In this document: piece by piece, positions 10,077-17,842 of the stretch
Layout: every line of letters begins with the position of its first letter
Position numbering within the stretch: the stretch's first letter is position 1
Assembly (NCBI GenBank): GCA_049515135.1
Contig: JBEKUJ010000017.1
Location: 7,332-71,331, forward strand
Reading direction: 5' to 3'
Length of the DNA stretch: 64,000 nucleotides
Origin: Spirochaetia bacterium
GTDB lineage: Bacteria > Spirochaetota > Spirochaetia > SZUA-6 > Fen-1364
Made by a program: the position numbers and the translations under genes
The notes under the pieces: model-generated
Database searches by the model: none
What the model was told of the DNA's origin: nothing
What the model saw: only the letters and a program-made list of their open reading frames with translations

Positions 10077-10945
10077 ACAGGGACCGCGAACCAGCTGTCC
10101 ATCGCGTCGATGAGAGCCGGGGTCGTGGGCAGGGCAAAGCGGGCGCCGTTGGCAGTCACCTCCACCGTGTTTCCCATGCGAGCGACCGATTGGATCCGGG
10201 CCCGGGCCATGAACAGGCTGTCCACGCCATACGAGAGCTCTGACTGCGGGGGATCACGCAGAGAGATAAGCTCGTAGGGAGTCACGATCATCATGTGGCA
10301 GCGCGCAATCTTTCCGTGCCGTCCGTAGGACTGGACAGAAAATCTAAAATCCCGCGGGGCCGACTCATCCAGAGTGGAATAGGGATAGTTGAGAAGAAAG
10401 TTCCATTTGAACGGAATTGTCGTCACCCTGGCTCGGCGGCAGGGAACCTCGAACCCGGGACCGGCAAGCGTCCTTCTCAAGCCTGCCAGGACCGGCTCCA
10501 GCACGCGCCGACAGATGGTGTTGTAACGGATGGTCAGGCGCTGGTCATGCGAAAGGAAACTGAGCCTCCCATAGAGAAGAATGTGCACGTCTTCGATTGC
10601 AGAGAGCTTGTCGAGAGCGATGCATACCTTCACGCCCGGCTGGGGCTTTTCCGCCCACAGACCGACTGCGATGTCTCCGACTGCCAGGACTTGCAGAGGG
10701 GTTATCACCCTGCGGTTCCCCCGGGCCGTGGCGCGCACGCACGAAGGAATGATCAGCGTATGCCCAAGTTCCTTCACGCCGCACGTGTCCTGAAGAGATT
10801 CAAAAGCGCCCGCCGGAAGGTCCCCGGGTTTCTTCGGAACAGACGGGTGACCGGCGTAGCGGTCGCGAAAATAGAATCCGCCGCCCAGCTCCGTATATGG
10901 CGCTTCCCAGGTTTCCGCCGGGTCCTGCGCCCACGTCATTTTCAT
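10073..10945 (-). CDS. Hypothetical protein (about 290 aa), unrecognised family, embedded in the phn operon
   Basis: Start ATG 10945 (MKMTWAQDP) forms an ATGA overlap with the gluconolactonase-like gene stop. Its own stop overlaps the FAD oxidoreductase start. No motif recognised. Confidence 0.45.
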   Translation of the reverse strand: MKMTWAQDPAETWEAPYTELGGGFYFRDRYAGHPSVPKKPGDLPAGAFESLQDTCGVKELGHTLIIPSCVRATARGNRRVITPLQVLAVGDIAVGLWAEKPQPGVKVCIALDKLSAIEDVHILLYGRLSFLSHDQRLTIRYNTICRRVLEPVLAGLRRTLAGPGFEVPCRRARVTTIPFKWNFLLNYPYSTLDESAPRDFRFSVQSYGRHGKIARCHMMIVTPYELISLRDPPQSELSYGVDSLFMARARIQSVARMGNTVEVTANGARFALPTTPALIDAMDSWFAVPV

Positions 10946-11856
10946 GGCTCCTGCGCGCCGCGCGCGTTCACGTACATGGCGTACAGCGACGAATGGCCGG
11001 CGATGAAGAGCCTGTTCCGCCGCGGTCCGCCGAACGTCAGGTTCGCCACGGTCTCTGGAACCAGGATCTTTCCGAGGAGATCTCCCTGTGACGAATAGCA
11101 CAGGACGCCGTCCGCGCAGCTTATCCAGGCATTCCCGCCGGTATCTGTTCGAAAGCCGTCCGGCACACCAGGGCTGATGTCCGCAAAGACTTCTCCCCCG
11201 GAAAGTCTGCCGTTGGACACCTGGAACCTGCGCACATGATGGGGACCGCCCTCCGTGTGAGTGGCGCCCGAGTCGGCGACATACAGCAGGCGTTGATCCG
11301 GCGAAAATGCCAGCCCATTTGGCTTGTCGAAATCGTCCGCTGCAATCGTCACGCTGCCTGTTGCAGGATCCGCACGGTAGACGTTGTTGCCGTCCTGTTC
11401 CGAGTCGGCCTTCCCTCCCTCATAGTCGGAAAGGATGCCGTACGGCGGATCGGTGAACCACACCGCGCCGTCCCGGGATACCACCACATCGTTGGGTGAG
11501 TTGAGCCGCCTGCCCTCGTAGCGGTCAGCGATTGTGGTGATGCTCCCGTCCAGCTCCGTGCGGGTCACGCTCCGGCTGCCATGCTCGCAGCTCACAAGCC
11601 GCCCTGTCGTGTCGCGTGTGTTTCCATTTGCAAAGCGCGAGGGGAAGCGGAACACCGTGACGGGCCCTCCGTCCACCCATCGGAGAATTCTGTCGTTCGG
11701 AATATCGCTGAACAACAGGTACTGGCCGTCAGCGAACCAGACCGGCCCTTCAGCCCAGAGGGCACCGGTGAACAGCCTTTCCATTCTTGCGTTCGGCAGG
11801 GTGAGGTCGCGAAAACGCCTGTCGTAGATTTCCCAGTCAACCATGTTTCCCCTCAT
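10942..11856 (-). CDS. SMP-30/gluconolactonase/LRE-family protein (lactonase-like beta-propeller)
   Basis: 304 aa; motifs EGPVWFADGQYLLFSDIPNDRILRW, NSPNDVVVSRDGAVWFTDPPYG, PNGLAFSPDQRLLYVADS. First gene of the long minus-strand operon. Confidence 0.75.
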   Translation of the reverse strand: MRGNMVDWEIYDRRFRDLTLPNARMERLFTGALWAEGPVWFADGQYLLFSDIPNDRILRWVDGGPVTVFRFPSRFANGNTRDTTGRLVSCEHGSRSVTRTELDGSITTIADRYEGRRLNSPNDVVVSRDGAVWFTDPPYGILSDYEGGKADSEQDGNNVYRADPATGSVTIAADDFDKPNGLAFSPDQRLLYVADSGATHTEGGPHHVRRFQVSNGRLSGGEVFADISPGVPDGFRTDTGGNAWISCADGVLCYSSQGDLLGKILVPETVANLTFGGPRRNRLFIAGHSSLYAMYVNARGAQEP

Positions 11857-11877
11857 GAAATCCGATACACCGCTTCT

Positions 11878-11906
11878 TTACAAGTGCGGAGCCCGGTGTG
11901 TAGAAT
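11878..11906 (+). promoter_or_regulatory. Putative sigma70-like promoter for the nitroreductase gene (TTACAA-17-TAGAAT); it would give a near-leaderless mRNA
   Basis: TTACAA at 11878-11883, 17-nt spacer, TAGAAT at 11901-11906. ATG at 11916, only 9 nt after the -10, with no SD. Lies in the 59-bp divergent intergenic region shared with the phn operon. Confidence 0.3.
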
Positions 11907-11915
11907 CGCCTCACC

Positions 11916-12497
11916 ATGGAAATGTCTGATCTCGTTTCGAAGTGCCGCAGCTACCGGAGGTTCGACGCCGGCTTTGCCGTGGATGCTGCAACGCTGAGGG
12001 ACCTTGTGTCCCTAGCCAGACGGGTGCCCTCGGCGGCCAATCGGCAGCCCCTGAAATACGTCCTGTCCTGCTCTCCGGAGATGAACCTGCGGATCTTCGA
12101 AACGCTTGCGTGGGCGGCCTATCTCAAGGACTGGCCGGGGCCGGGTCCCCGGGAGCGCCCGACCGCCTATATCGTGGTCCTCCAGGACACAGACATCTCT
12201 CCGTCTGCCGAAATCGATGTCGGCATTGCGGCGCAGACCATTCTCCTGGCCGCGACCGCCCGCGGGCTTGGAGGGTGCATGTTCGGGGCCATCAAGAGAT
12301 ACCAGCTGGCGGAAAGGCTCAGGCTTCCGCCGCATCTGTCAATCGCGCTGGTCATCGCCATAGGAAAGCCCGTGGAGAAGGTGGTCCTGGAGGACATGCC
12401 GGCCGGCGGCTCCATCAAATACTACCGCGACCCGGACGGCACGCATCACGTGCCCAAGCGCGCGGAAGAAGAGCTGATCCAGGCCGTCTACGATTGA
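11916..12497 (+). CDS. Nitroreductase-family protein
   Basis: 193 aa; nitroreductase fold motifs RRSYRRF, AANRQP, GLGGCMFGA. Confidence 0.7.
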   Translation: MEMSDLVSKCRSYRRFDAGFAVDAATLRDLVSLARRVPSAANRQPLKYVLSCSPEMNLRIFETLAWAAYLKDWPGPGPRERPTAYIVVLQDTDISPSAEIDVGIAAQTILLAATARGLGGCMFGAIKRYQLAERLRLPPHLSIALVIAIGKPVEKVVLEDMPAGGSIKYYRDPDGTHHVPKRAEEELIQAVYD

Positions 12498-12500
12498 CGC

Positions 12501-14213
12501 CTACTTTGTCGCCTGTTTCGGCTGGTCTTTGGATACCTGGATCTGGAAGAGCTTCTGCGTGCCGTCCTCCGCGGTCACAAAAAACCTTATGATGTCTTTC
12601 TGCCCGGGATCCACGTTCACCGGGACTGTGGCGCTCTGCGATCGTGGAGCGTCTCCCTGATCTGATGTGGATACTCGGGCAAACGGGCTTGCCGCGGCGG
12701 CAGTGAGCTGCACGCCGGTGGCATCAGCCGGGAGACGCAGCGAGTACGTATCCACCTTGACTGAGAAAGCCGGAGTCAGCACACCGGCGGAGGCAGTAAG
12801 GGACGCGAGGTCCGCCGTTCGGTCTGGCGCCGCCCTGTGCAGAAGCAAGGTATAGCGCAATGTCTCTCCGTTCTGCGCGGTGGTTATGATATTGAGGCCT
12901 TTCAGCTCCGGCTCCGGGAACTCTACCTGGACGCCTGTGGCATCCCCGGGATACACGCGGACGGAGGGCGGAGGAGAGGCATTGGGGCCCGCCGCCTGGG
13001 CGGTCTCCAGGCTGATGGCGGCGTTCTTGTCCTGCGGTATTGCGCGGACGGTCAAGCGGGTGAGGGAATACGGGACCTCCGCGGTGTAGGCAAGGGTGTC
13101 GGGTTTGAATGGCGGCGTCAGCGGGGCGTCCACGACCACGAGGTCGGAGAGCAGGTTGTCATTGTTCGCCTCCCGCCGGAGGATCTCCAGGTTGTATCGC
13201 TGCGTCGTGCCGTCCTGCGCAGTCACCGTCAGCACCAGGGGGAGCCTTCCCCCGGAGGGAAAGTCCACCCGCACATTGCCAGCGCTTGCACCCCGTGCAA
13301 GCGGAATGGGCCCTTTGGTTGAGTTGGGGGTTGTCATGGTGACGGAGGCATAGGGGCTCTGCGCCTGCGCGTTCAGCACCACCTCTTTCACCTCGAATGA
13401 CACCGAGGCGGAGTACGCGAACTTGGTGGGCGAAAAGGGCTGGGTGAACACCGCATCAGGTATATAGAGGACGCCCAGGAGCGCGTCGCGGTCCGGCGGG
13501 CTGCGTTTCACGACGAAAGTGTAGCGGGACCTGGTGGTCCCGTCCTCAGCCAGCACGGAGATGGGAAACGTGGTTTGCTGACCGGAAGAGAAATCGACAT
13601 CAGCAACAGCCAGGTGACCCGGGGTGGATGTGCCTCCGATTGTAATGCCCTGGGGGTTGGCGCTCTGCGCGAGGGCGGCCACGCTCAGGGTCTTGGTCTC
13701 GAACGGGACCTGAATGGTGTACTGGTCCACGATGGGGCTGAACGCAGGCTGGAGCACCGAGCGCGCCGGAAGGGTGACCTGCGCCAGGCGCGCGTTCGTG
13801 TCCGCTTCCCGCACCACCACCCGGTAGAGCCACGGCTCTTTCTCACCCGGGATCTCGATGGAGTAGAGAACAGGGGAAGTGAAGTCATTCGCCGTGATCC
13901 CGTTGGTCTGCACGACCCTCTGGTCCCCGTTCACCACGGCAATGACCGCATTCGTGTTGAGCTTCACGGAGGCTATGAGCTTTCTGATGTCGACCCCGTG
14001 AGGCACGACGACGATGATGAGCTCCGGCTCTCCCTGCGCTATGATCCGTCCTGCCGTATCCTTGGGAAGGCCAGGGTTCGCCGAGCCCATGAACGTCAAC
14101 GAATCAATGGGGCCTGTGCCGTGTCCAGTCACACCCATGGTAGCGCAGGCGCTCATGCCAAGGGCAAGGACCGCCACCATGACCGCGCAGAATGACGCAG
14201 CCCTCAACTTCAT
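12501..14213 (-). CDS. Secreted lipoprotein with tandem cadherin-like beta-sandwich repeats
   Basis: Signal peptide plus lipobox LALGMSAC. At least five repeats of the L(T/S)P.FSP....Y(T/S) pattern (LQPAFSPIVDQYT, FTQPFSPTKFAYS, LTPPFKPDTLAYT, LTPAFSVKVDTYS). Strong RBS AGGGGGAG upstream of ATG 14213. Confidence 0.65.
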   Translation of the reverse strand: MKLRAASFCAVMVAVLALGMSACATMGVTGHGTGPIDSLTFMGSANPGLPKDTAGRIIAQGEPELIIVVVPHGVDIRKLIASVKLNTNAVIAVVNGDQRVVQTNGITANDFTSPVLYSIEIPGEKEPWLYRVVVREADTNARLAQVTLPARSVLQPAFSPIVDQYTIQVPFETKTLSVAALAQSANPQGITIGGTSTPGHLAVADVDFSSGQQTTFPISVLAEDGTTRSRYTFVVKRSPPDRDALLGVLYIPDAVFTQPFSPTKFAYSASVSFEVKEVVLNAQAQSPYASVTMTTPNSTKGPIPLARGASAGNVRVDFPSGGRLPLVLTVTAQDGTTQRYNLEILRREANNDNLLSDLVVVDAPLTPPFKPDTLAYTAEVPYSLTRLTVRAIPQDKNAAISLETAQAAGPNASPPPSVRVYPGDATGVQVEFPEPELKGLNIITTAQNGETLRYTLLLHRAAPDRTADLASLTASAGVLTPAFSVKVDTYSLRLPADATGVQLTAAAASPFARVSTSDQGDAPRSQSATVPVNVDPGQKDIIRFFVTAEDGTQKLFQIQVSKDQPKQATK

Positions 14214-14287
14214 TTTTCTGGCTCCCCCTTTGGTTGGGGCCCATCATACCCCAAGCAGGACGGAAGCGCCAGACGCGTGAGACGCCG

Positions 14288-15544
14288 CTAAGCCCCCGCG
14301 CAGTGGTGCAGGCTCGGCGCGGCAAGGACGGGAACGCCGGCCGCAAGCAGCGTACGCGCGGTCCTCTGGACTGATTCGTGCTTGTCCAGGTAGTTCCTCT
14401 CCATGGCCGGCATGAGTCCCCTGGACTCCACGTCCGAGCGCGCCATGAAATAGTCCAGGATGTCGGAAGGGTGCTCCCTCGTCTGCTCGACGCTCGGCAC
14501 TCCTCCTTCGTGCTTCGCGGAGATGTTCCTCACTTTCTGCGCAATCTCCACCAGCTCCGGGAGCTTGTCGTAGGGCTGGCGGACAATGCTTTTCCAGGTC
14601 TCCGTGATGTGGTGCTCGAAACGGACCTTGTCCTCGAACCCCAGCGCGGCGCGGACGCGAGATGCCCTTTCGATTGTCCAGTTGTTCACGGAATTGGCCA
14701 GGTTGAATCCGATCAGGGACGTGCTGCCGTCCTCCCGCGCAAAGAGCTTTGCCGTGAGAAGAGTCCAGAGAATGTTGAACGGATTGTCGTTGCCCATGAA
14801 AACCGAGATCTTGAACTCCATGTCGATACCGAGCTTGTGGAGAAGATAGCCGACAAGAACCGTCCCGCCGTTGAGATTGAGGACCTGCTTGACTCCGTAG
14901 GCAGTGTAATAGTGGAGGTATTCCTCCAGCCAGCGGTACGGGTGGTCATTGGGCTGTCCGACGCCGCCGAAGTACCCGGTGATTGTGTCCGGGCCTCCCA
15001 GGTGAACGTTTGATCCGTCGGTTCCCCGTGTGTCCAGGGACTCCACCCAGGAGGAGCCGAGGATCTTCATGCCGGCCGCCACGGCGGGAAGGTCTCCATC
15101 CTCCTCCTGCTCTTTCATGGCCCGCACGCGAATAAAGCGGCTGGGCATCAGCTCCCCACGGGAGACCGCCTGCCTGGCCTGGGAAATGAGCCATGGGAAA
15201 TACTGCAGGGCGGAGATCTCCAGCGTCACCTGATAGGAGTCGTCCTTGAGCCGGGCCGGAGCGCCGGCTTCCCTGCGGAAATCTTCAATAGAAATGAATT
15301 TCCTGCCGTCCCTCTGCTCGATCAGCCATTCCAGGTCATCAGCGTAGCGGGGATTTCCCGCCCGAACCTTCTCCATCAGCTTCTCAAGCTTTCCGTTCTC
15401 CGCGGCTGCCGCATTGATTGCCCGCGGGCCTCCGTGCTTTTCAACGATCCTGACCAGATCCTCGATGACCGCGTTGTCGTCGCTCAGGAGGAACCTGTTG
15501 ATTGATTCAAGAGCCTTGCGGTCGATTTTCAGCAACTCTTTCAT
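14288..15544 (-). CDS. Hypothetical protein (about 418 aa), unrecognised family, co-transcribed with the panB-like gene
   Basis: Start ATG 15544 (MKELLKIDRKAL) overlaps the upstream stop by 11 nt. The ORF-track N-terminal 40 aa are rejected. No family recognised. Confidence 0.5.
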   Translation of the reverse strand: MKELLKIDRKALESINRFLLSDDNAVIEDLVRIVEKHGGPRAINAAAAENGKLEKLMEKVRAGNPRYADDLEWLIEQRDGRKFISIEDFRREAGAPARLKDDSYQVTLEISALQYFPWLISQARQAVSRGELMPSRFIRVRAMKEQEEDGDLPAVAAGMKILGSSWVESLDTRGTDGSNVHLGGPDTITGYFGGVGQPNDHPYRWLEEYLHYYTAYGVKQVLNLNGGTVLVGYLLHKLGIDMEFKISVFMGNDNPFNILWTLLTAKLFAREDGSTSLIGFNLANSVNNWTIERASRVRAALGFEDKVRFEHHITETWKSIVRQPYDKLPELVEIAQKVRNISAKHEGGVPSVEQTREHPSDILDYFMARSDVESRGLMPAMERNYLDKHESVQRTARTLLAAGVPVLAAPSLHHCAGA

Positions 15545-15551
15545 ACCCAGA

Positions 15552-16433
15552 TCACTTCCTCCTTTCCGAATACCTGCGAACCACGTCCTTGAACGCATCA
15601 AGCTCCTTCTCCAGCACGCCGTAGCCGTGCTCTGGACCGGGAAAGTTGCCCGAATGCACGTCACTGATGTAGCTGGTGAACGCCTCCGTGATGACCTGCG
15701 CCAGGTTGGCGTATTTCTTCACGAACTTGGGCGTGAAGGCATCAAAGTACCCCAGCATGTCGCCGTTGATGAGGAGCTGTCCATCCGTATGCTTCCCGGC
15801 GCCAATGCCGTACACGGGGATGTCCAGGAGCTCCGTGATGGCCTTGCCGAGCTCGGGAGGCACTGCCTCCAGGAGCAGGGCAAACGCCCCGGCGTCCTGG
15901 ATTGCCAGGGCATCCTGAATCAGCTCTTCCGCGCTGGCCGCCGTCCGCCCCTGCGCCTTGAAGCCTCCCAGCTGCCCGCTGCTCTGGGGGGTCAAGCCGA
16001 TATGCCCGATGACAAGGATCCCCGCATCGACGATTCCCCTGATCTTGTCGATGATCCGCCGTCCTCCCTCGAGCTTGATTGCGTCCATGCCGGCTTCCTT
16101 CAGGAAGCGACCCGCATTCACGATAGCGTCATAGGGGCTTGTCTGGTAGGACATGAAGGGCATGTCCCCCACGACGAACGTGCCCGGAGCGCCCCGGCGG
16201 ACGGCCTTGCAGTGGATGATGCATTCATCCATGGTCACCGGTATGGTGCCGTCATAGCCGTACACCACCATCCCCAGGGAGTCGCCCACGAGGATCATGT
16301 CGATCCCCGCAGTTTCAGCGAAATAGGCAATGGGGTAATCGTACGCCGTGACCCAGGTGAGCTTGACGCCGTCCTTCTTCATTTTCAGGAACTCGAATCG
16401 ACCCTTCTTGATCTTTTTCTCGGCTTTTTCCAT
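15552..16433 (-). CDS. panB: 3-methyl-2-oxobutanoate hydroxymethyltransferase (PanB family; PEP mutase/isocitrate lyase superfamily)
   Basis: Full-length similarity to E. coli PanB (VTAYDY, ILVGDSLGMVV.GYDGT.PVT.DE, GHIGLTPQS, IGAG...DGQ). ATG 16433 is preceded by GGGGGAGAG. Confidence 0.75.
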   Translation of the reverse strand: MEKAEKKIKKGRFEFLKMKKDGVKLTWVTAYDYPIAYFAETAGIDMILVGDSLGMVVYGYDGTIPVTMDECIIHCKAVRRGAPGTFVVGDMPFMSYQTSPYDAIVNAGRFLKEAGMDAIKLEGGRRIIDKIRGIVDAGILVIGHIGLTPQSSGQLGGFKAQGRTAASAEELIQDALAIQDAGAFALLLEAVPPELGKAITELLDIPVYGIGAGKHTDGQLLINGDMLGYFDAFTPKFVKKYANLAQVITEAFTSYISDVHSGNFPGPEHGYGVLEKELDAFKDVVRRYSERRK

Positions 16434-16460
16434 GTCTCTCCCCCTTGGCAGGCACGACAT

Positions 16461-16480
16461 CATTCCATATAATGGAATAG
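16461..16480. promoter_or_regulatory. Perfect inverted repeat ATTCCAT-ata-ATGGAAT containing TATAAT; candidate IclR operator overlapping a -10 element in the divergent intergenic region
   Basis: Seen directly at 16462-16478 between the divergent panB-like gene (start 16433) and the IclR regulator (start about 16567). Confidence 0.3.
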
Positions 16481-16566
16481 GATTTTTATTATTCGGATAC
16501 CGCCAGGATACCAGACCTTCCGGCGCCTGTCAAGGATCATGGAGCCCCGGAAAGAAAGGCAGTTGT

Positions 16567-17331
16567 GTGAGCACGGTGGACAAGGCCCTGAGGATCGTCG
16601 AGCTGCTGGAAAACACGGGTGAAATGGGCATCACGGCAATTGGAAAAAGCCTGCACCTGGCTCCCAGCACTGCTCACCGCCTTGTGGCATCGCTGGCCAA
16701 CCACGACTTCATAGCCCAGGACCCTGCAAGCAGAAAGTACCGGCTGGGCATGGGCGTCTTTCGGATCGGCAGCAGCGTGGCAGCCCGTTTCGGCGTTCGA
16801 AGCGCCGCCCTGCGCAACATGGAGATCCTGGCCGAGCGCAGCAGAGAGACAGTGAATCTGGGCGTCCTGGTTCGAAACGACCTGTTCTATGTTGAGAAGA
16901 TCCAGAACAATGATCCCGTCCGCGTCGACCTCCAGGTGGGTCACGCTGTTCCTCCGCACTGCACGGCAATGGGCAAGGCCATCCTTGCCTGGCTTCCGGC
17001 GGATGCGTTGGATATGCTCTTCCGCACCGCAAGCCTCGAGAAAAGGACCCCCCGTTCCATCGGAAATCGGGCGGCGCTGAAAAAGGAGCTGGCCGTCATC
17101 CGACGGCGCGGGTACTCTCTCGACGATTCGGAGCTGGTGGAAGGAATTTCCTGCATCGCCGCCCCGATACTTTCTTCCACGGGGGTCGCCCTTGCTGCAA
17201 TCAGCGTTGCCGGCCCGTCCAACCGGATGACGGCCGCGAGGATCAGAAAGCTCATCCCGCTGGTCACAACGGCGGCAGCAAACACCTCTTCCGAGATCAA
17301 GGACCTGGGCATGGCGTCCTTCAGGCCCTAA
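16567..17331 (+). CDS. IclR-family transcriptional regulator
   Basis: N-terminal wHTH (VDKALRIVELLENTGEMGITAIGKSLHLAPSTAHRLV) and C-terminal IclR effector domain. GTG start at 16567 with GAAAGG upstream. The ORF-track upstream extension is rejected. Confidence 0.75.
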   Translation: MSTVDKALRIVELLENTGEMGITAIGKSLHLAPSTAHRLVASLANHDFIAQDPASRKYRLGMGVFRIGSSVAARFGVRSAALRNMEILAERSRETVNLGVLVRNDLFYVEKIQNNDPVRVDLQVGHAVPPHCTAMGKAILAWLPADALDMLFRTASLEKRTPRSIGNRAALKKELAVIRRRGYSLDDSELVEGISCIAAPILSSTGVALAAISVAGPSNRMTAARIRKLIPLVTTAAANTSSEIKDLGMASFRP

Positions 17332-17499
17332 AGCCTCCTGGCGTGTCTCCAGACAAGGCGCCTGCCGTACACTGGAGTGAGCGCGCGTGTCGTCGCCAAG
17401 CTTCACGCGCAATCGGCGCACGCACATCTTGATTGTGGAAGCCTCAACGAACGTGACCCTCCAGACATTGCATGCCAGCATCTTCGGGGGAAGACTCCG

Positions 17500-17725
17500 G
17501 AGTCCTGCCAGAGAGACGGCATGTGGCTTCGTCGCAGCACGGCCCGGATGCGGGCCAGAAGCTCGGCGTGGGAGAATGGCTTTGCCCCTCGACGCTCACC
17601 ATGATCACCGGCACGTCGGACCGCGTCCTGATGTCCCTTGAGCACGTCGAGGCCGCTGGCGTCCGCAAGCACGAGGTCCAGGATCACAAGGTCAGGAAGC
17701 TCGGTCTGGATGAGTTGCAAGCCGT
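17500..17725 (-). pseudogene. Degraded OmpR-type response-regulator receiver-domain remnant (frameshifted and truncated)
   Basis: One frame reads LQLIQTELPDLVILDLVLADASGLDVLKG ... GAKPFSHAELLARIRAVLRRS. An overlapping second frame reads IRTRSDVPVIMVSVEGQ. These are consecutive receiver-domain segments that need two frameshifts and an internal deletion to join. There is no intact N-terminus or winged-helix domain. Confidence 0.35.
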
Positions 17726-17842
17726 GCCCCCCTTCGGCGTGGAATGGATGGTGCACTCCGGCCACCGGATGGCGATGCACAGCTTCCGCGGAGCCCTTGC
17801 CAAATATGCCGTTCGTGGCAGTATCGAAGGATGCAAAGGAAC

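Noticed and set aside
7715-10277. Long plus-strand ORFs (7715-8770, 8235-9137, 9204-10277) opposite phnX and the FAD oxidoreductase
   Set aside because: Antisense to genes with clear motifs. Composition is Arg/Pro-rich. Judged to be GC-driven open frames.
14214-14287. Possible tRNA or CRISPR elements in short intergenic gaps (for example 14214-14287, 19043-19126, 49748-49796, 57196-57499)
   Set aside because: No cloverleaf-compatible arrangement and no regularly spaced direct repeats were seen. The only tandem repeats in the window are the protein-coding collagen-like units.
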